Notes: generated by a model not told the origin, from the letters alone. A DNA stretch of 63,391 nt, filler included, from Babesia bigemina (GCF_000981445.1; 8 parts of 8 records of this genome joined end to end with filler, not necessarily neighbours in it); one strand, 5' to 3'. Shown: positions 21,701 to 33,500, counted from the first letter of the whole stretch. Translations and numbers: made by a program.

Positions 21701-24328
21701 CTGTTGCAATTCAGGAGCATCCTTATTTATGAATTTTTCGGTGGCATCAATAATGTTCCTCAAATCAACACCAAGTAAAGTGAGAAGATCGTTATACGTT
21801 TTTTCAAGTCCTTTCACTTTCTCATGACTACTAACGTCAACTTCAAGTTTGTCGCCTAACAACTCCGAAAGATTATGCAACTTTTGCTTTATACCATCAG
21901 TGCCGTTCGGAGCACCGCCTTTGGTGCCGTCAGCCAGTTTCATAATGTTCTTGCAAAACGCATCGAGATTGTTTGTGACTGCCTCTAGCAGTGTTGAGAA
22001 GGTGTTTTGGTTGAATTTGTTTGGATCTGCAGTCGTTTCGTTCTCAACATCTTTCAGATAGTTGTCATCGCCAGTCACATCGTTTTCAATCTTCTTGATT
22101 GTCACAGGTACGGTGCCTTCGCCTGAATCGCCGGTTAAGGCTGGTTTGTTAGTACCTAGGGAAGTTGTGTTAACTCCCGAAAGATATTTCTCAAACTTTC
22201 CGGAATCAAGTTTTACTTTGTCGCCATCATCAGTCATATGCTGATTCACTTTCCCCGCAATTTCGGAACTGACATTAGAAAACTTGATAGAACCAGTGTC
22301 ACCCGATTGGATAATTTGGTCGTAAAGCTTTTCCCCGAGCCCTATAACGTCTGTTATGGCTTTCCCCAACTGATCAATTTCAGAGTTTAATATAAAACTC
22401 TCCAGCTCTTTCCCCATGTCCTCAGCCGCAGATTTCACAGCAGCGATGACGGCGGAAGCAGCCTTATTAATGTAGGTGTCTTTATGATTTCCCATACCGG
22501 GTGAGTTATACAACTTATCGTCATTCCAAATTGCGGATACAATCATCGCTCGTTTATCTGCAATTTGATGGGCGTACGTAGTAAGAGATTCACTAATGTT
22601 CTGTAACATTCTTGACACATCGGTGTTTTCGGTGATAACAACTTCACCTACATGCATCTGTAGCGTTTCTGTAATTTTGCTTATTATTACGGGAGTTATT
22701 CTTGTTACAATAGAGTCGCTAGCATCTATGTTACCGTCTGCCCGATTCTTCAATAGATCCAAAAAATCAGTCTTGTTATCGTCAACATACCACTTGAGAT
22801 ATCCTTTAATTCCTTCACTATTAACAACATCTTTTACTATAGTTTGAATAGTCGCCTTAAATGCACCCTGGAACCCCTCAGCATATTGCTTCACCCCGGC
22901 AACGATCTTATCCAGATGCCCAGGCGTATTTCCACCCTTTTTAGCAATCTTATCAGTCATCTCCGTCAGCGCTGCTTTAATCTTACCATTTAAATCACTC
23001 GTTACATAACTCCGTATTGCTGCTTTAATCTCATCCCTCACTGTTCTCAAATTCGTCCTCAGCGCATCGTCCATGGTTTTTACAGCCGCTAACGCCTGAC
23101 TCACCAACGTTTGAACCTGTGTCTTAGCATTATATGCTTTCGTCCGGAGATCGTTGGCCTTATCTTGCAATACTTGCGCCGCTTCTGTAATTTTCAATCG
23201 TCCCCCCTCCGCGCTGGCGCCTGTATCACTCCCCTGCAACTTATTCACAATCTCAGTCACTTTTTCATCTGCCTCCCCTCTGACCTTTCTGGCAGCCACA
23301 ATCCAGTCGTTTAACTTAATGACGTAATCCTGTAACTTCCTTCTCATCTCATGTAACTGTCTAAGAATATCTGTCGCTTTCTGATTCACATCGTCTAGCA
23401 GCATTCCTATTCGCTCACTGATTGTTAGATTCACGCTCTTATTAAGACTCTGCATTTCACGACTGATACACTTCTTCATACTTCTGAAGTCTGCCCACGC
23501 TTTATCTGACAACTCGTTGAGTCGTTGACTCTCATGTTTCACTGCCTTAGTGGCTATAAGAACACGGTCACGTAATTTAAAATTAAGATCATTAATTGCG
23601 TTTTTCATGTTCTCACTATTGTGCGCCATGTCTAAATGATTGTTATAATCTTTACCATGAAATTTACAATCGTTAAGTAATTTATTAATGTCGATAACAG
23701 CTTGCTTGACCTGCTCCTCACTGTACGTCACAGCCTGTACGGATTTCTTGGTCGCACCTGAAACAGCGTCATTTTCTAAAATTTTACTTACCTCATTTTC
23801 AAGTTTCTCCATGTCTGCTCGAAGCTTAATTATAGGCCTGGTAACATTTTCATTCGACGTTTTTACTTTACCATTATACTCCCCCACCTTCCCCGCCACC
23901 CGCTCAATGACCTCAAAACCCTTACGCCCGGTGGATAATTTCTTAAAAAGTACAGTGTCAACAAACTGTTTTAAGTCATTTTTACCCACCTTGTAAGGCT
24001 GTTTCTCGCTGACATCCTTAAGCAAATAATACAAAAATCCCATCACTGCGTCACACAGCCTATCCAAGTCAGAGTACACAATCCCACTGCCGTCGTAGCC
24101 TTTGGAAGTAGAGTTGAAGCCGAGGAAGGTCTCGAGGCCGGAACATAAATTATCTAAGAGATTTTTAGGCTCATTTTGTGGATTATTAGAATAAGTCAAA
24201 AATTTACAAAGCTCCTTCACTTTCTTCAAAGCCTCCAACTTGGACTGCAATTTGGCTGAGTCAGCAGAGGCAGAGGGGGAAGGAAGGGGGACAAAGCACA
24301 AGTTATTGCTATGGTTTATAGAGGTCAT
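18749..24328 (-). CDS. ves1: VESA1-like protein (1859 aa), tail type B, starting at the leader ATG
   Basis: Uninterrupted ORF. Leader-derived MTSINHSNNLCFVPLP is fused to SADSAKLQSKLE..LCSGLETFLGF. Cys-rich C-terminal domain, TM, AKISYLQP. Confidence 0.87.
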   Translation of the reverse strand: MTSINHSNNLCFVPLPSPSASADSAKLQSKLEALKKVKELCKFLTYSNNPQNEPKNLLDNLCSGLETFLGFNSTSKGYDGSGIVYSDLDRLCDAVMGFLYYLLKDVSEKQPYKVGKNDLKQFVDTVLFKKLSTGRKGFEVIERVAGKVGEYNGKVKTSNENVTRPIIKLRADMEKLENEVSKILENDAVSGATKKSVQAVTYSEEQVKQAVIDINKLLNDCKFHGKDYNNHLDMAHNSENMKNAINDLNFKLRDRVLIATKAVKHESQRLNELSDKAWADFRSMKKCISREMQSLNKSVNLTISERIGMLLDDVNQKATDILRQLHEMRRKLQDYVIKLNDWIVAARKVRGEADEKVTEIVNKLQGSDTGASAEGGRLKITEAAQVLQDKANDLRTKAYNAKTQVQTLVSQALAAVKTMDDALRTNLRTVRDEIKAAIRSYVTSDLNGKIKAALTEMTDKIAKKGGNTPGHLDKIVAGVKQYAEGFQGAFKATIQTIVKDVVNSEGIKGYLKWYVDDNKTDFLDLLKNRADGNIDASDSIVTRITPVIISKITETLQMHVGEVVITENTDVSRMLQNISESLTTYAHQIADKRAMIVSAIWNDDKLYNSPGMGNHKDTYINKAASAVIAAVKSAAEDMGKELESFILNSEIDQLGKAITDVIGLGEKLYDQIIQSGDTGSIKFSNVSSEIAGKVNQHMTDDGDKVKLDSGKFEKYLSGVNTTSLGTNKPALTGDSGEGTVPVTIKKIENDVTGDDNYLKDVENETTADPNKFNQNTFSTLLEAVTNNLDAFCKNIMKLADGTKGGAPNGTDGIKQKLHNLSELLGDKLEVDVSSHEKVKGLEKTYNDLLTLLGVDLRNIIDATEKFINKDAPELQQDCVEAIHNHVNVYFGYTQLSLTTAARRNYVSSVKQLLTAFADKVSRELAPLPGEIERDLQIGFKGLMRVMGGVNSETGEPVEGSGTPSLLDKINTAVSSHKSGTPIKDTFTKLSDALKNYYDPIHKYIKAQINTKNPPEPEINRETTEQNTKHLDTANTNFEKLLTHLKNDSKPSRTYIFDNKFTNLHSSLSSSLSLLSPSAFANPRHPELLDAVKKGLDGFVEQMGRVYVNGYDDGKPIDWNTNKLIETKSDSENSSGKEKLTPYGEKLSKVFLSTIQVLFQDFWELYKECVANKSERIRLHNKSKDGVKLPNALGAFLAKRGYKVPTEEDKQDGELQNKDKTMTGENIKALYEKLAKNQKTPLLRDKGPSILYYLYEYLKKYYEVCHLEVRSSTKHPANSYQMLQWLAGLRWSPVFYSLRWYLRELFPTPDQHKGKPRDKVPTNDLNLAATSYIRAQQLVTDMLPNVCLHSQSVLTAIMGHGHAGGRYAVDFYTNAENLSYPSRGSDCFDLLVDILERLYHQFRFLYSQCENGPEIGGWADCWYGRYVGGSAWNCNDRQCANQSCPQIANQKSNQSADLTCDSHPKCGLKSPLQSFLEDGLPRFLPHQFKKPGCKLDCSTANHRGIPCKTPMGFSDISELASHTKTGADLRKILRDFCGRKSHLRSLCTCLMCLLQKPPQTLGDMFAFYYNFISGWGMDGNEHKKDAFKNAINDANFGAEYDKVEIHTLFSSSHTATSAGHANCSLGCLVCVSKDPAVCGPYLSPISQQISGVFSKNYADKYMSWIVYLTETFYDLLKKLYDECNANCGSKGSNCFVKCCVKGCPTTASKTSEPATHNEECKSIVACKSTLPTLYKYGFVFWYPDTLNGSAMKTTKRTCKAFCEALDSVLNTKKSDAPILAKLIYETIPNLLFQIRAPFLWMTVALWSLSLFYLICVMVGRLDVLHIRSHLRIPSSHKITAQSLLAAAQVGRLAKISYLQP

Positions 24329-24352
24329 AGCGTTAATATGGCAAGGTTATTC

Positions 24353-24700
24353 GGGCGATGTGGAGTGGGTTAAGGAGCGATGTAGAGTGGGTAAAGGGGC
24401 GATGTAGAGTGGGTTAGGGAGCGATGTAGAGTGGATTAAGGAGCGATGTAGAGTGGATTAAGGAGCGATGTAGAGTGGGTTAGGGAGCGATGTAGAGTGG
24501 ATAAAGGGGCGATGTAGAGTGGATAAAGGGGCGATGTAGAGTGGATTAGGGAGCGATGTAGAGTGGGTTAAGGGGCGATGTAGAGTGGGTAAAGGGGCGA
24601 TGTGGAGTGGATTAGGGAGCGATGTGGAGTGGGTTAGGGAGCGATGTAGAGTGGATAAAGGGGCGATGTAGAGTGGATAAAGGGGCGATGTAGAGTGGAT
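24353..24700 (-). repeat. 22-bp array
   Basis: gcgatgtagagtgg units on +. Confidence 0.96.
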
Positions 24701-24736
24701 AATAATCACCACTTAGGTCAGGTGCTTGGTCACCAC

Positions 24737-25213
24737 TGTCATCGCTGCCGTGACCAGTCATCGCTGCCGTGACCATGTCATCGCTGCCGTGACCATGTCA
24801 TCGCTGCCGTGACCATGTCATCGCTGCCGTTACCATGTCATCGCTGCCGTAACCAAGTTATGGCTGCCGTACCATGTCATCGCTGCCGTAACCATGTCAT
24901 CGCTGCTGTGCCCATGTCATCGCTGCTGTGCCCATGTCATCGCTGCCGTGACCATGTCATCGCTGCCGTAACCATGTCACCGCTGCCGTGTCCATGTCAT
25001 CGCTGCCGTGACCATGTCATCGCTGCCGTGTCCATGTCGTCGCTGCCGTGACCAAGACATCGCTGCCGTGACCATGTCATCGCTGCCGTGTCCATGTCAT
25101 CGCTGCCGTGACCATGTCATCGCTGCCGTGACCATGTCATCGCTGCCGTGACCATGTCATCGCTGCCGTGTTGATGTCATCGCTGCCGTGTCCATGTCAT
25201 CGCTGCCGTGAAC
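24737..25213 (-). repeat. 20-bp array
   Basis: gtcatcgctgccgtgaccat units on +. Confidence 0.96.
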
Positions 25214-25218
25214 ATTAC

Positions 25219-25594
25219 TTGGTCAGGTGGTAGTTCAGCACTTTGGTCACTACTTTGGTCATGACATTGGTCACCACTTTGGTCAGCACATAGGTCACCA
25301 CTTTGGTCAGCACCTTGGTCATGGCATTGGTCAACGCGTTGGTCAGCACCTTTGTCAGCGCCTTGGTCAGCACATAGGTCAGCACCTTGGTCAACACTTT
25401 GGTCAGCACCTTGGTCACCACGTTGGTCACCACGTTGGTCAGCACTTTGGTCAGCACATTGGTCAACACGTTGGTCAACACTTTGGTCAGCACATTGGTC
25501 ACCACGTTGGTCAGCACTTTGGTCAACACTTTGGTCACCACTTTGGTCACCACGTTGGTCAACACATTGGTCACCACATTGGTCAGCACATTAG
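25219..25594 (-). repeat. 12-bp array
   Basis: ttggtcagcaca-type units on +. Confidence 0.94.
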
Positions 25595-25716
25595 TTAACT
25601 ATTACACAATCACATACAACGATTAATGAGTGATACAACAGATAAAATTACAATTCATTGGTTAGGTGAGTAGGTGATATGCTAGGTGAGTGTAGATAGT
25701 AGACACGTGAGTACGA

Positions 25717-25871
25717 TTACGGTTGCAGGTAAAACACCCTGCCCAGTTTGTTAACACGTGCAGCAGCAAGTAGTGATTGAGCAGAAATACGATGCGATGA
25801 GGGACTATGTAGATGCGATTTGATGTGGAGCAGGTCTAGGCGGATGACCATGATGTGGAGGAGGTACAGGA
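25717..25871 (-). CDS. ves1: VESA1-like C-terminus, tail type A (upstream part in gap)
   Basis: LYLLHIMVIRLDLLHIKSHLHSPSSHRISAQSLLAAARVNKLGRVFYLQP*. Confidence 0.8.
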
Positions 25872-25971
25872 NNNNNNNNNNNNNNNNNNNNNNNNNNNNN
25901 NNNNNNNNNNNNNNNTTAATTAATTAANNNNNNNNNNNNNNNNNNNNNNNNNNNNNNNNNNNNNNNNNNNN

Positions 25972-26610
25972 TTATATCTCTGGAGTGATGTATTATCATA
26001 AGTTGTCACTTCATTTTCATCCTTCACCGCACCAAGCACACCACTCAAAAATCCCATCACCCCGTCACACAGCCTGTCCAAGTCGGAGATAAACAGTCGC
26101 ACTGCCGTCGTAGCACTTTTGTCTCAGGGTTAAAGCCGAGGAAGGTTTCGAGGCCATCACACAAGTGTGTTAAAATATTATTATTTTCACTAGTTTTATT
26201 AAGTGATTCAGCAAATTCAGCAAGCTTATGCACAGTCTGCAAAGCAGACGACTTGGACTGGCGGTCAGATAAACGCTTGGAATCTTCTTCAGTTAGAGGA
26301 TTATTTTGGCTAGTTTGCTTAGTTTCAGAGACTTTTTAATGTTGTTAACACGTTCAATTTCATTTTTAATTTTCTCACTAAGGGACGAGTTGGCAGACAC
26401 AGTAGGCTTAGCAGGCAAAGGAGCCGAGGCGCCAGACGAGGCGACATTAGAAGAAGCATTAGCGAGAGGGTATTGCTTGTTTAGAGAGTCATAAGCTTTA
26501 CCTATAGCCTCCTCAATCAACTTTTTCAAAGCTTGAGACAACTTGGTAAGACCATCACCACTACCACCATTCCCATACCTAACCTGGATCAACCAGTCGA
26601 TGGACTCAGT
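25972..26610 (-). pseudogene. ves1: VESA1-like N-terminal fragment with frameshifts, fused to the leader at ESIDWLIQV
   Basis: ESIDWLIQVRYGNGG..LKKLIEEAI, then LCDGLETFLGF, then SDLDRLCDGVMGFL in different frames. Shifts near the gap may be read errors. Confidence 0.7.
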
Positions 26611-26696
26611 CAGAAGGGAAGTGAAGGGTGACAAGGCACAAGTTATTATAATGGTGTAAGAAGGTCATAGCGGTATTATGGCAAGGTAATTCGAGG

Positions 26697-27349
26697 GATG
26701 TAGAGTGGGTAAGGGAGCGATGTAGAGTGGGTAAAGGAGCGATTTAGAGTGGATAAGGGAGCGATGTGGAGTGGATAAAGGGGCGATGTAGAGTGGGTAA
26801 AGGGGCGATGTAGAGTGGATTAGGGAGCGATGTAGAGTGGATAAAGGGGCGATGTAGAGTGGGTAAAGGGGCGATGTAGAGTGGATTAGGGAGCGATGTA
26901 GAGTGGATAAAGGGGCGATGTAGAGTGGGTTAAGGGGCGATGTAGAGTGGATTAGGGAGCGATGTAGAGTGGGTTAGGGAGCGATGTAGAGTGGATAAGG
27001 GAGCGATGTAGAGTGGATAAAGGGGCGATGTAGAGTGGGTTAAGGGGCGATGTGGAGTGGGTAAAGGGGCGATGTAAGGTGGATAAAGGGGCGATGAGGA
27101 GTGGGTTAAGGGGCGATGTAGAGTGGATAAAGGAGCGATGTAGAGTGGGTTAAGGGGCGATGTGGAGTGGGTTAGGGAGCGATGTAGAGTGGATAAGAGA
27201 GCGATGTAGAGTGGATAAGGGAGCGATGTGGAGTGGGTAAAGGGGCGATGTAGAGTGGGTTAGGGAGCGATGTAGAGTGGGTAAAGGAGCGATGTAGAGT
27301 GGAGTAAGGAGCGATGTAGAGTGGGTTAAGGGGCGATGTAGAGTGGGTA
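26697..27349 (-). repeat. 22-bp array
   Basis: Same unit. Confidence 0.96.
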
Positions 27350-27371
27350 ATAATCACCACTTGTGTCACTG

Positions 27372-27634
27372 CCATCGTTCCCGTGACCATGTCATCGCTG
27401 CCGTGACCATCAACTGTCATCGCTGCCGTGACCATGTCATCGCTGCCGTAACCAATCATCGCTGCCGTGACCATGTTATCGCTGCCGTGACCATGTCATC
27501 GCTGCCGTGACCATCTCATCGCTGCCGTGACCATGTCATCGCTGCCGTGTCCATGTCATCGCTGCCGTGACCATGTCATCGCTGCCGTGTCCATGTCATC
27601 GCTGCCGTGTCCATGTCATCGCTGCCGTGACCAT
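27372..27634 (-). repeat. 20-bp array
   Basis: Same unit. Confidence 0.95.
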
Positions 27635-27638
27635 CAAC

Positions 27639-27903
27639 TTGGTCACCACGTTGGTTACCACCTTGGTCAGCACCTTGGTCATGGCATTGGTCAGCACGTT
27701 GATCAGCACATTGGTCACCACTTTGGTCACCACTCTGGTCGTGGCATTGGTCACCAGTTTGGTCAGCACTTTGGTCACCACCTTGGTCATGGCATTGGTC
27801 ATCACCTTGGTCATCACGTTGGTCACCACTCTGGTCAGGTGCTTGGTCAGGTGGTTGGTCACCCCTTTGGTCATGGCATTGGTCAGCTACTAGGTCACCA
27901 CAT
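27639..27903 (-). repeat. 12-bp array
   Basis: Same unit. Confidence 0.93.
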
Positions 27904-28028
27904 CAGTTAAGTACTACACAATAACAAACAACGATTAATGAGTGATTCAAAACATTAGACAACAATTAGTTGTATAGGTGAGTAGGTGATATGCTAGGTG
28001 AGTGTAGACAGTAAACACGTGAGTGCGA

Positions 28029-28190
28029 TTATGGTTGCAGGTAAAACACCCTGTTAAGCTTGTTAACACGTGCAGCAACAAGTAGTGACTGAGCAGCGAT
28101 GCGATGCGATGATGGACTATGTAGATGCGATTTGATGTGGAGCAGATCGAGGCGGATGACCATGATGTGGGTGAGGTAGAGGAGAGGAAG
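28029..28190 (-). pseudogene. ves1: Isolated VESA1 tail-A fragment (about 53 codons), truncated away from any gap
   Basis: LLYLTHIMVIRLDLLHIKSHLHSPSSHRIAAQSLLVAARVNKLNRVFYLQP*, immediately downstream of GAGGTGAC. Confidence 0.85.
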
Positions 28191-28281
28191 TAGTCACCTC
28201 ACTGCTCATGTAATTAGTCAACAACGCGACCATTACTCTGTCTAGAACATTAGATGTCAGTCGCCAGTTATGTAATTGTGA

Positions 28282-28400
28282 TTAGCTGCGCAGTAGATAC
28301 CGCACCCTGTGGAACGGCCGGATGCGGAAGTAGCTCATGACGCAGATGACGACGATGATGAGGGCGACGGGGACGATGATGTAAGGGGCGGGGGAGGATG
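28282..28400 (-). pseudogene. TM-plus-tail fragment of a third family
   Basis: PYIIVPVALIIVVICVMSYFRIRPFHRVRYLLRS*; homologous to 47118-47241 and 47331-47446. Confidence 0.75.
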
Positions 28401-28527
28401 GTCAGCACGTTGGTCAGGTGCTTGGCCATCACGCAACCATTACTCTGTCTAGAACATTAGATGCCAGTTGCCAGTTAGGTGATCAGTGGATGTGGATGAC
28501 GATGTTTGCACTGACATATTGCTGAGT

Positions 28528-29085
28528 TCAGCTGTAAAACGCGATGCAGAAGGGTATTTTGCGGACGAGGAAATCGCGGATGTTGCGGCCCACCGGGAAG
28601 CGGAAGATGCACAGGTCGAGCAGGATGATGGCGACGATGATGGCAACGATGACGGCGGCGATGGCTTGGGGGGAAGGGCGGAAAGATGTGGAGGCATCTG
28701 GATTAGAGTCTTTAGAGGAGTCTTCTTCAGTGCCAACAGCGGACAACTGCCGTTCACTGGTGGCTTGAAGCTGAGTATCGGAAGGACCGGGTGAAAGCTG
28801 TGTAGCGGGGGCACTGCAGGCGTCAGTCTGTTCTAAACATTTCTTTTTACAACATGTACATTGACATTTTTTAATGTCGGGACACTGCTTTGTTTGCGAA
28901 GTACATCCTTTATAATGGCAGTCCTTTTTAGATCGGCCCCTGTAGTACCAATCTATGTTACATAAATGGCAACCGTTTCGACTGCTACATTTTTCGCAGC
29001 ACCATGGACAGCAGTTACACTCTTGAAACGTTTTACATTTATATTTACACTCCGTACACGGAGCACCGTACATTATCACCCCCAT
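28528..29085 (-). CDS. Small Cys/Lys-rich membrane protein (185 aa from ATG 29085)
   Basis: Cys-rich N-half, S/T/P linker, hydrophobic AIAAVIVAIIVAIILLDLCIF, short tail; the paralog at 16498 has the same gaagATG context. Confidence 0.75.
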   Translation of the reverse strand: MGVIMYGAPCTECKYKCKTFQECNCCPWCCEKCSSRNGCHLCNIDWYYRGRSKKDCHYKGCTSQTKQCPDIKKCQCTCCKKKCLEQTDACSAPATQLSPGPSDTQLQATSERQLSAVGTEEDSSKDSNPDASTSFRPSPQAIAAVIVAIIVAIILLDLCIFRFPVGRNIRDFLVRKIPFCIAFYS

Positions 29086-29091
29086 CTTCAC

Positions 29092-29520
29092 TTAAGCAGC
29101 ACTCACCAACTGCAACACTACCACTGCCGCTCCCACTCCCCTCAACCTGCAAACATATCAATCACCTAAGCAACGCACTCACCAACTGCAACACTACCAC
29201 TGCCGCTCCCACTCCCCTCAGCCTGCAAGCATATCAATCACCTAAGCAACGCACTCACCAACTGCAACACGTACCACTGCCGCTCCCAGTCCCCTCAACC
29301 TGCAAACTATCAATCACCTAGCAACGCACTCACCAACTGCAACACTACCACTGCCGCTCCCAGTCCCCTCAACCTGCGAACATATCAATCACCTAAGCAG
29401 CACTCACCAACTGCAACACGTACCACTGCCGTTCCCAGTCCCCTCAACCTGCAGACATATCAATCACCTAGCAAGCACTCACCAACTGCTACACTACCAC
29501 TGCCGTTCCCAGTCCCCTCA
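29092..29520 (-). repeat. ~75-bp tandem repeat
   Basis: Same unit. Confidence 0.94.
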
Positions 29521-30030
29521 TCAACACCTACCCTCACTGCTGTATCCCCCCAGCCCAGGCCACCGACACCCACGCTGCCCAGGATACCACGGCTATGCCT
29601 GACGCGACGCATGTCATCAGCACCAACTGTCACTCTAAATTATTCACTATTCGCAACGCCATTGAAATTGCAGCGATCCCCGTGCGCTCAACTCCCACAG
29701 TGCAGCAGCACCGTGCTACGAGCCGCGGTATCGGCGCCATGCTGGCGGAGCGTGTCGGCTACGTGCCTAAATGTGATATGAACCATCGCTACATTGCTGC
29801 CTATAAATGCTACTTAACCAGACCAACGCGGATTACGCCACCCTGCCAGTGACTCGCAACACACGACTTGGGTCACCCGCCGCGGCCCTCACGACCGCTA
29901 CGTTAGCGACCAATCACCTAGCCTCACGTGACACTGACTCAATGGGCAACGCGGACGCCTCTCACAGTCAACGCGTAACTCAACGCAACAGGCAATCAAC
30001 GTGCTACAACACTCACCAAATTACGGTTCA
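29521..30030 (-). repeat. ~500-bp conserved element, copy 3
   Basis: Near-identical to 16751-17263. Confidence 0.9.
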
Positions 30031-30411
30031 TGTGCTAGGTTACCACTTTGCCTGTGTGCTACCTTAACACTTAGCCTGTGTGCTAGCTTAGCACGTTGCC
30101 TGGGTGCTTGCTTACCACGTTGCCTGGGTGCTTGCTTACCACTTTGCCTGGGTGCCAACTTAGCACTTTGCCTGGGTGCTTGCTTAGCACTTTGCCTGGG
30201 TGATAGGTTAGCACGTTGCCTGGGTGCTAGGTTAGCATCTCGCCTGAGTGCTAGGTTACCACTTTGCCTGGTTGCTAGCTTAGCACTTTGCCTGGGTGCT
30301 AGGTTAGCACTTTGCCTGGTTGCTAGCTTAGCACTTTGCCTGTGTGCCAGCTTACCACTTTGCCTGAGTGCTAGCTTACCACTTTGCCTGGGTGCTAGGT
30401 CAACACGTTGC
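30031..30411 (-). repeat. 24-bp array
   Basis: Same unit as 17264-18601. Confidence 0.95.
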
Positions 30412-30569
30412 ATTGTCCTTCAGTCATCACCTAATCTAGGTGCTATTTAGTTCACAGGTGGCCGCTAGAGTAATTCGAGACATTAGACAACGTTTGTTAT
30501 TTAGGTGAGTAGGTGATATGCTAGGTGAGATGTTACGTGAGTTGCTGTGAATTACAAACGTGAATACAA

Positions 30570-33500
30570 TTATGGTTGTAGATACGATATCTTGGCAAGC
30601 CTTCCGACTTGCGCTGCAGCCAACAATGACTGCGCCGTTATCTTGTGCGATGACGGTATTCGCAAGTGTGAGCGTATGTGGAGCACATCCAGTCTGCCAA
30701 CCATGACGCAGATGAGGTAGAAGAGGGATAGTGACCAAAGTGCGAGGACCAAGTAGGTGAACGGTTCTCTGATGGTCCAAATAAAGTTGTCACATTCCTC
30801 AAATAATTTGGTGAAGTGTTGCGATTTTAGTACGTTTTGCAATTGCGCGTAAAGGTTACGGCAGTATCTTCTTTCAGTATCAGATAGCAATTTTTTGGCG
30901 TCGCCAAATGTGAAGCCGTAGTTGTATAAAGTGCTCAGCACACCACGGCATCTCACCAGCGATCGGCACCGACAGCTGTATCCATCGCCGTGTTTGCCCG
31001 GTCTACAAGAAATGCCGTCGACACATCTGCTGCATCCCCAATCTTGGCAAGAGATACTGCTATACGAATCGAACAATGATTTCAGATAGCTATACAGTGA
31101 CCACGGTAAATCCACGGCCCATGAGAGATATAAGTCGGAATGCTTTTTAGCGAGATAACAATACGAATCGCTGCATAGGATCTGCAGGTAGGGTCCGCAG
31201 TGGACGTTGTCTTCGTTAGCAAGCATACATGACTGATCCATTGATAGAGTTGACAGATCCGCTGGCTCAGCAACCCTATGAGAATGGTCATTGCGTTTCT
31301 GTGATATGCCATATATCTTACTTAGTGCATCTGTAAGCTCGTTAGGTTTACTGTACAGGCTAATGGACACCTTATCAATTGATGATTCGATATGCGATTG
31401 CATCCCTTTCTTATCTGCTGAGACACCAAGCTTCCAACCCTTTACAACGGACAGCGCAAAACCGAAGTGTTCTGCCAAGGTGGATGGTGGTCTGGGTAGT
31501 AGGCAAGACAATAATGAAGCTACGTTGTTCTTTAACAGATCTTCAAGTATGTCGCATATAGCTTTACCAGTTTTCGTGCTACCGGAAAAGGCCCTGAATC
31601 CAAGTGGTGTGACGCAGGGCATCCCTGGTTTACCAGCAGGGCACGTAGTACATTTGGACTTGCATCCAATATCGGCTAATTGATGAGGTAAATGACCGGG
31701 TAAACAATCGTTTAAGTAGGACTGAAGGGGTGATGTTGGTTGGCAATTTGCTTTGGTGTTTGCTTTGCACTTTGGTTGGCACGTTGCTTCGTCACTCGAA
31801 TGGTCCTTGCATCGCGATTTGCCTGACGGTACAACTTTACCGTATTCGCATTGTTGCCAACCACCGTGCTCAGCATCGAGACTACATTGGGTGGACAGGA
31901 ACCTGAGCGCTGGTAACAGTCGGCGGAGAATGTCGAGCAACATGTCAAGGCACGAGGCTGGATCGGAAGGGTAGCGTAGATTGAACGAGTTGTCGCAATA
32001 TTGACACGCATAATACGTAGCAGCGTCTCCAGTTCCAACTATGCACGCAAGAACGTCATATGATTTTGAACACATTTCATGTAGCGATGTGACTAGGCCA
32101 TCATATGTGATGTCATGTGGATATGCCGTGACTGGCTCGATGCCAGAGTCGACCAATGGGATCTCCAGACCGTCATCGTCCTTCGCCTGTTTGTCCGGAT
32201 TTTCGAGCAGTGATGGTAACACGTCGTGAAGCATTGCGTCATACACAGGCCTGTATGGCAGCCCTGTTAGCCATATGCACATCTCGTAGGCATTGCACGG
32301 TGACCTAGGTTTAGGTTGCAATACCATGTGAGAGACTGCATTGTACGTTTCTAAGTGTTCGAAAATCTGCGTTAGAAGTCCTCCATGATTCTTGGCGAAG
32401 CCCATTGATGCGTCTAATGACTTAAACTCTGTTGGATATTTATTGAATTCGTTATGCCTAACGAAGCCTTTAGCAAGTCTGACGGCGACATTCCAGCCGG
32501 TGCCGTCTTTAGTGATCAGGTTGCTGACGTCGTAGCCCACTCTGCGCAAATGACGTTCTAATTCTATCCGATCCGCTTCGCCCTGGATTTTGTGGTCCTT
32601 CCATTTCTTACCTCCGAAATAATATAGCTCATGAAGTTGTTGGTATATCATGTACATGATGGTCACGCATATTCTTGCACCGTTCCTTCCGTCTTTCGTC
32701 AAAATCATATTCTCCGCAGCATCTTTATTTGCCTCCTTTTTCTTCTTCTTCGGATCTTCAGTCTCCCACTTATCGATCGGCGTTGCACCGTCGTACATGT
32801 TGATGTACACCTTCCTCATCTCATTGACAAAACCAACCAGGCCCACACGGATGCCATCTAGGATGGCAGTGTTCGGATCGGCAAAATCCTGCGGCGTGAG
32901 CCTATTGACAGCATTCATCAGCTCATCGAGCAGGCGGGGAAACAAATAGTCATAGCCTTTTTTGGTGGTGATGTGATTAAGCAAGTCTCTTAGTACTCTA
33001 TAAACTTGGTTAAGTTCGTCAGCATATTTTGCGTTATGGTGTTTAACAGGATTGCTTTTGTCGTTGCTTTCCTTGTTAAGCCGCTTGACCTCAATGTCGA
33101 CGTGGTCCTTGAGTGGTCCGATTACGGTCTGAAATGCCGATGATAATGCTTCGACGCTTACATCATTAGCGACGATTCGTTCACAATTCGTATGGAGCTT
33201 TCGGAGTAAACCCTTTACTCCGCTCTCCAGGTCGTCGTTTATGACGATTCTAATTTTGTCAAATTGAGCGTCTACATCGCTTTTTAACTCCTCGAGTTTA
33301 GTTTCCATTGTGCGCTGGTATACATTCTGGACTTTCTGTATCACAGCATGGAGATCGTCGGTAATCTTATTTTTCATTTCGTTGGCTACTTTGTTAATGG
33401 CGTGGTTGGCCTTTAGTTTGGCTGATGAAAGTTGTTCTGCAGCTTTCGAAGTCCACTGGGTTAATGTCTCATCAACTGCTCTACATTTCTTTTTCACGTC

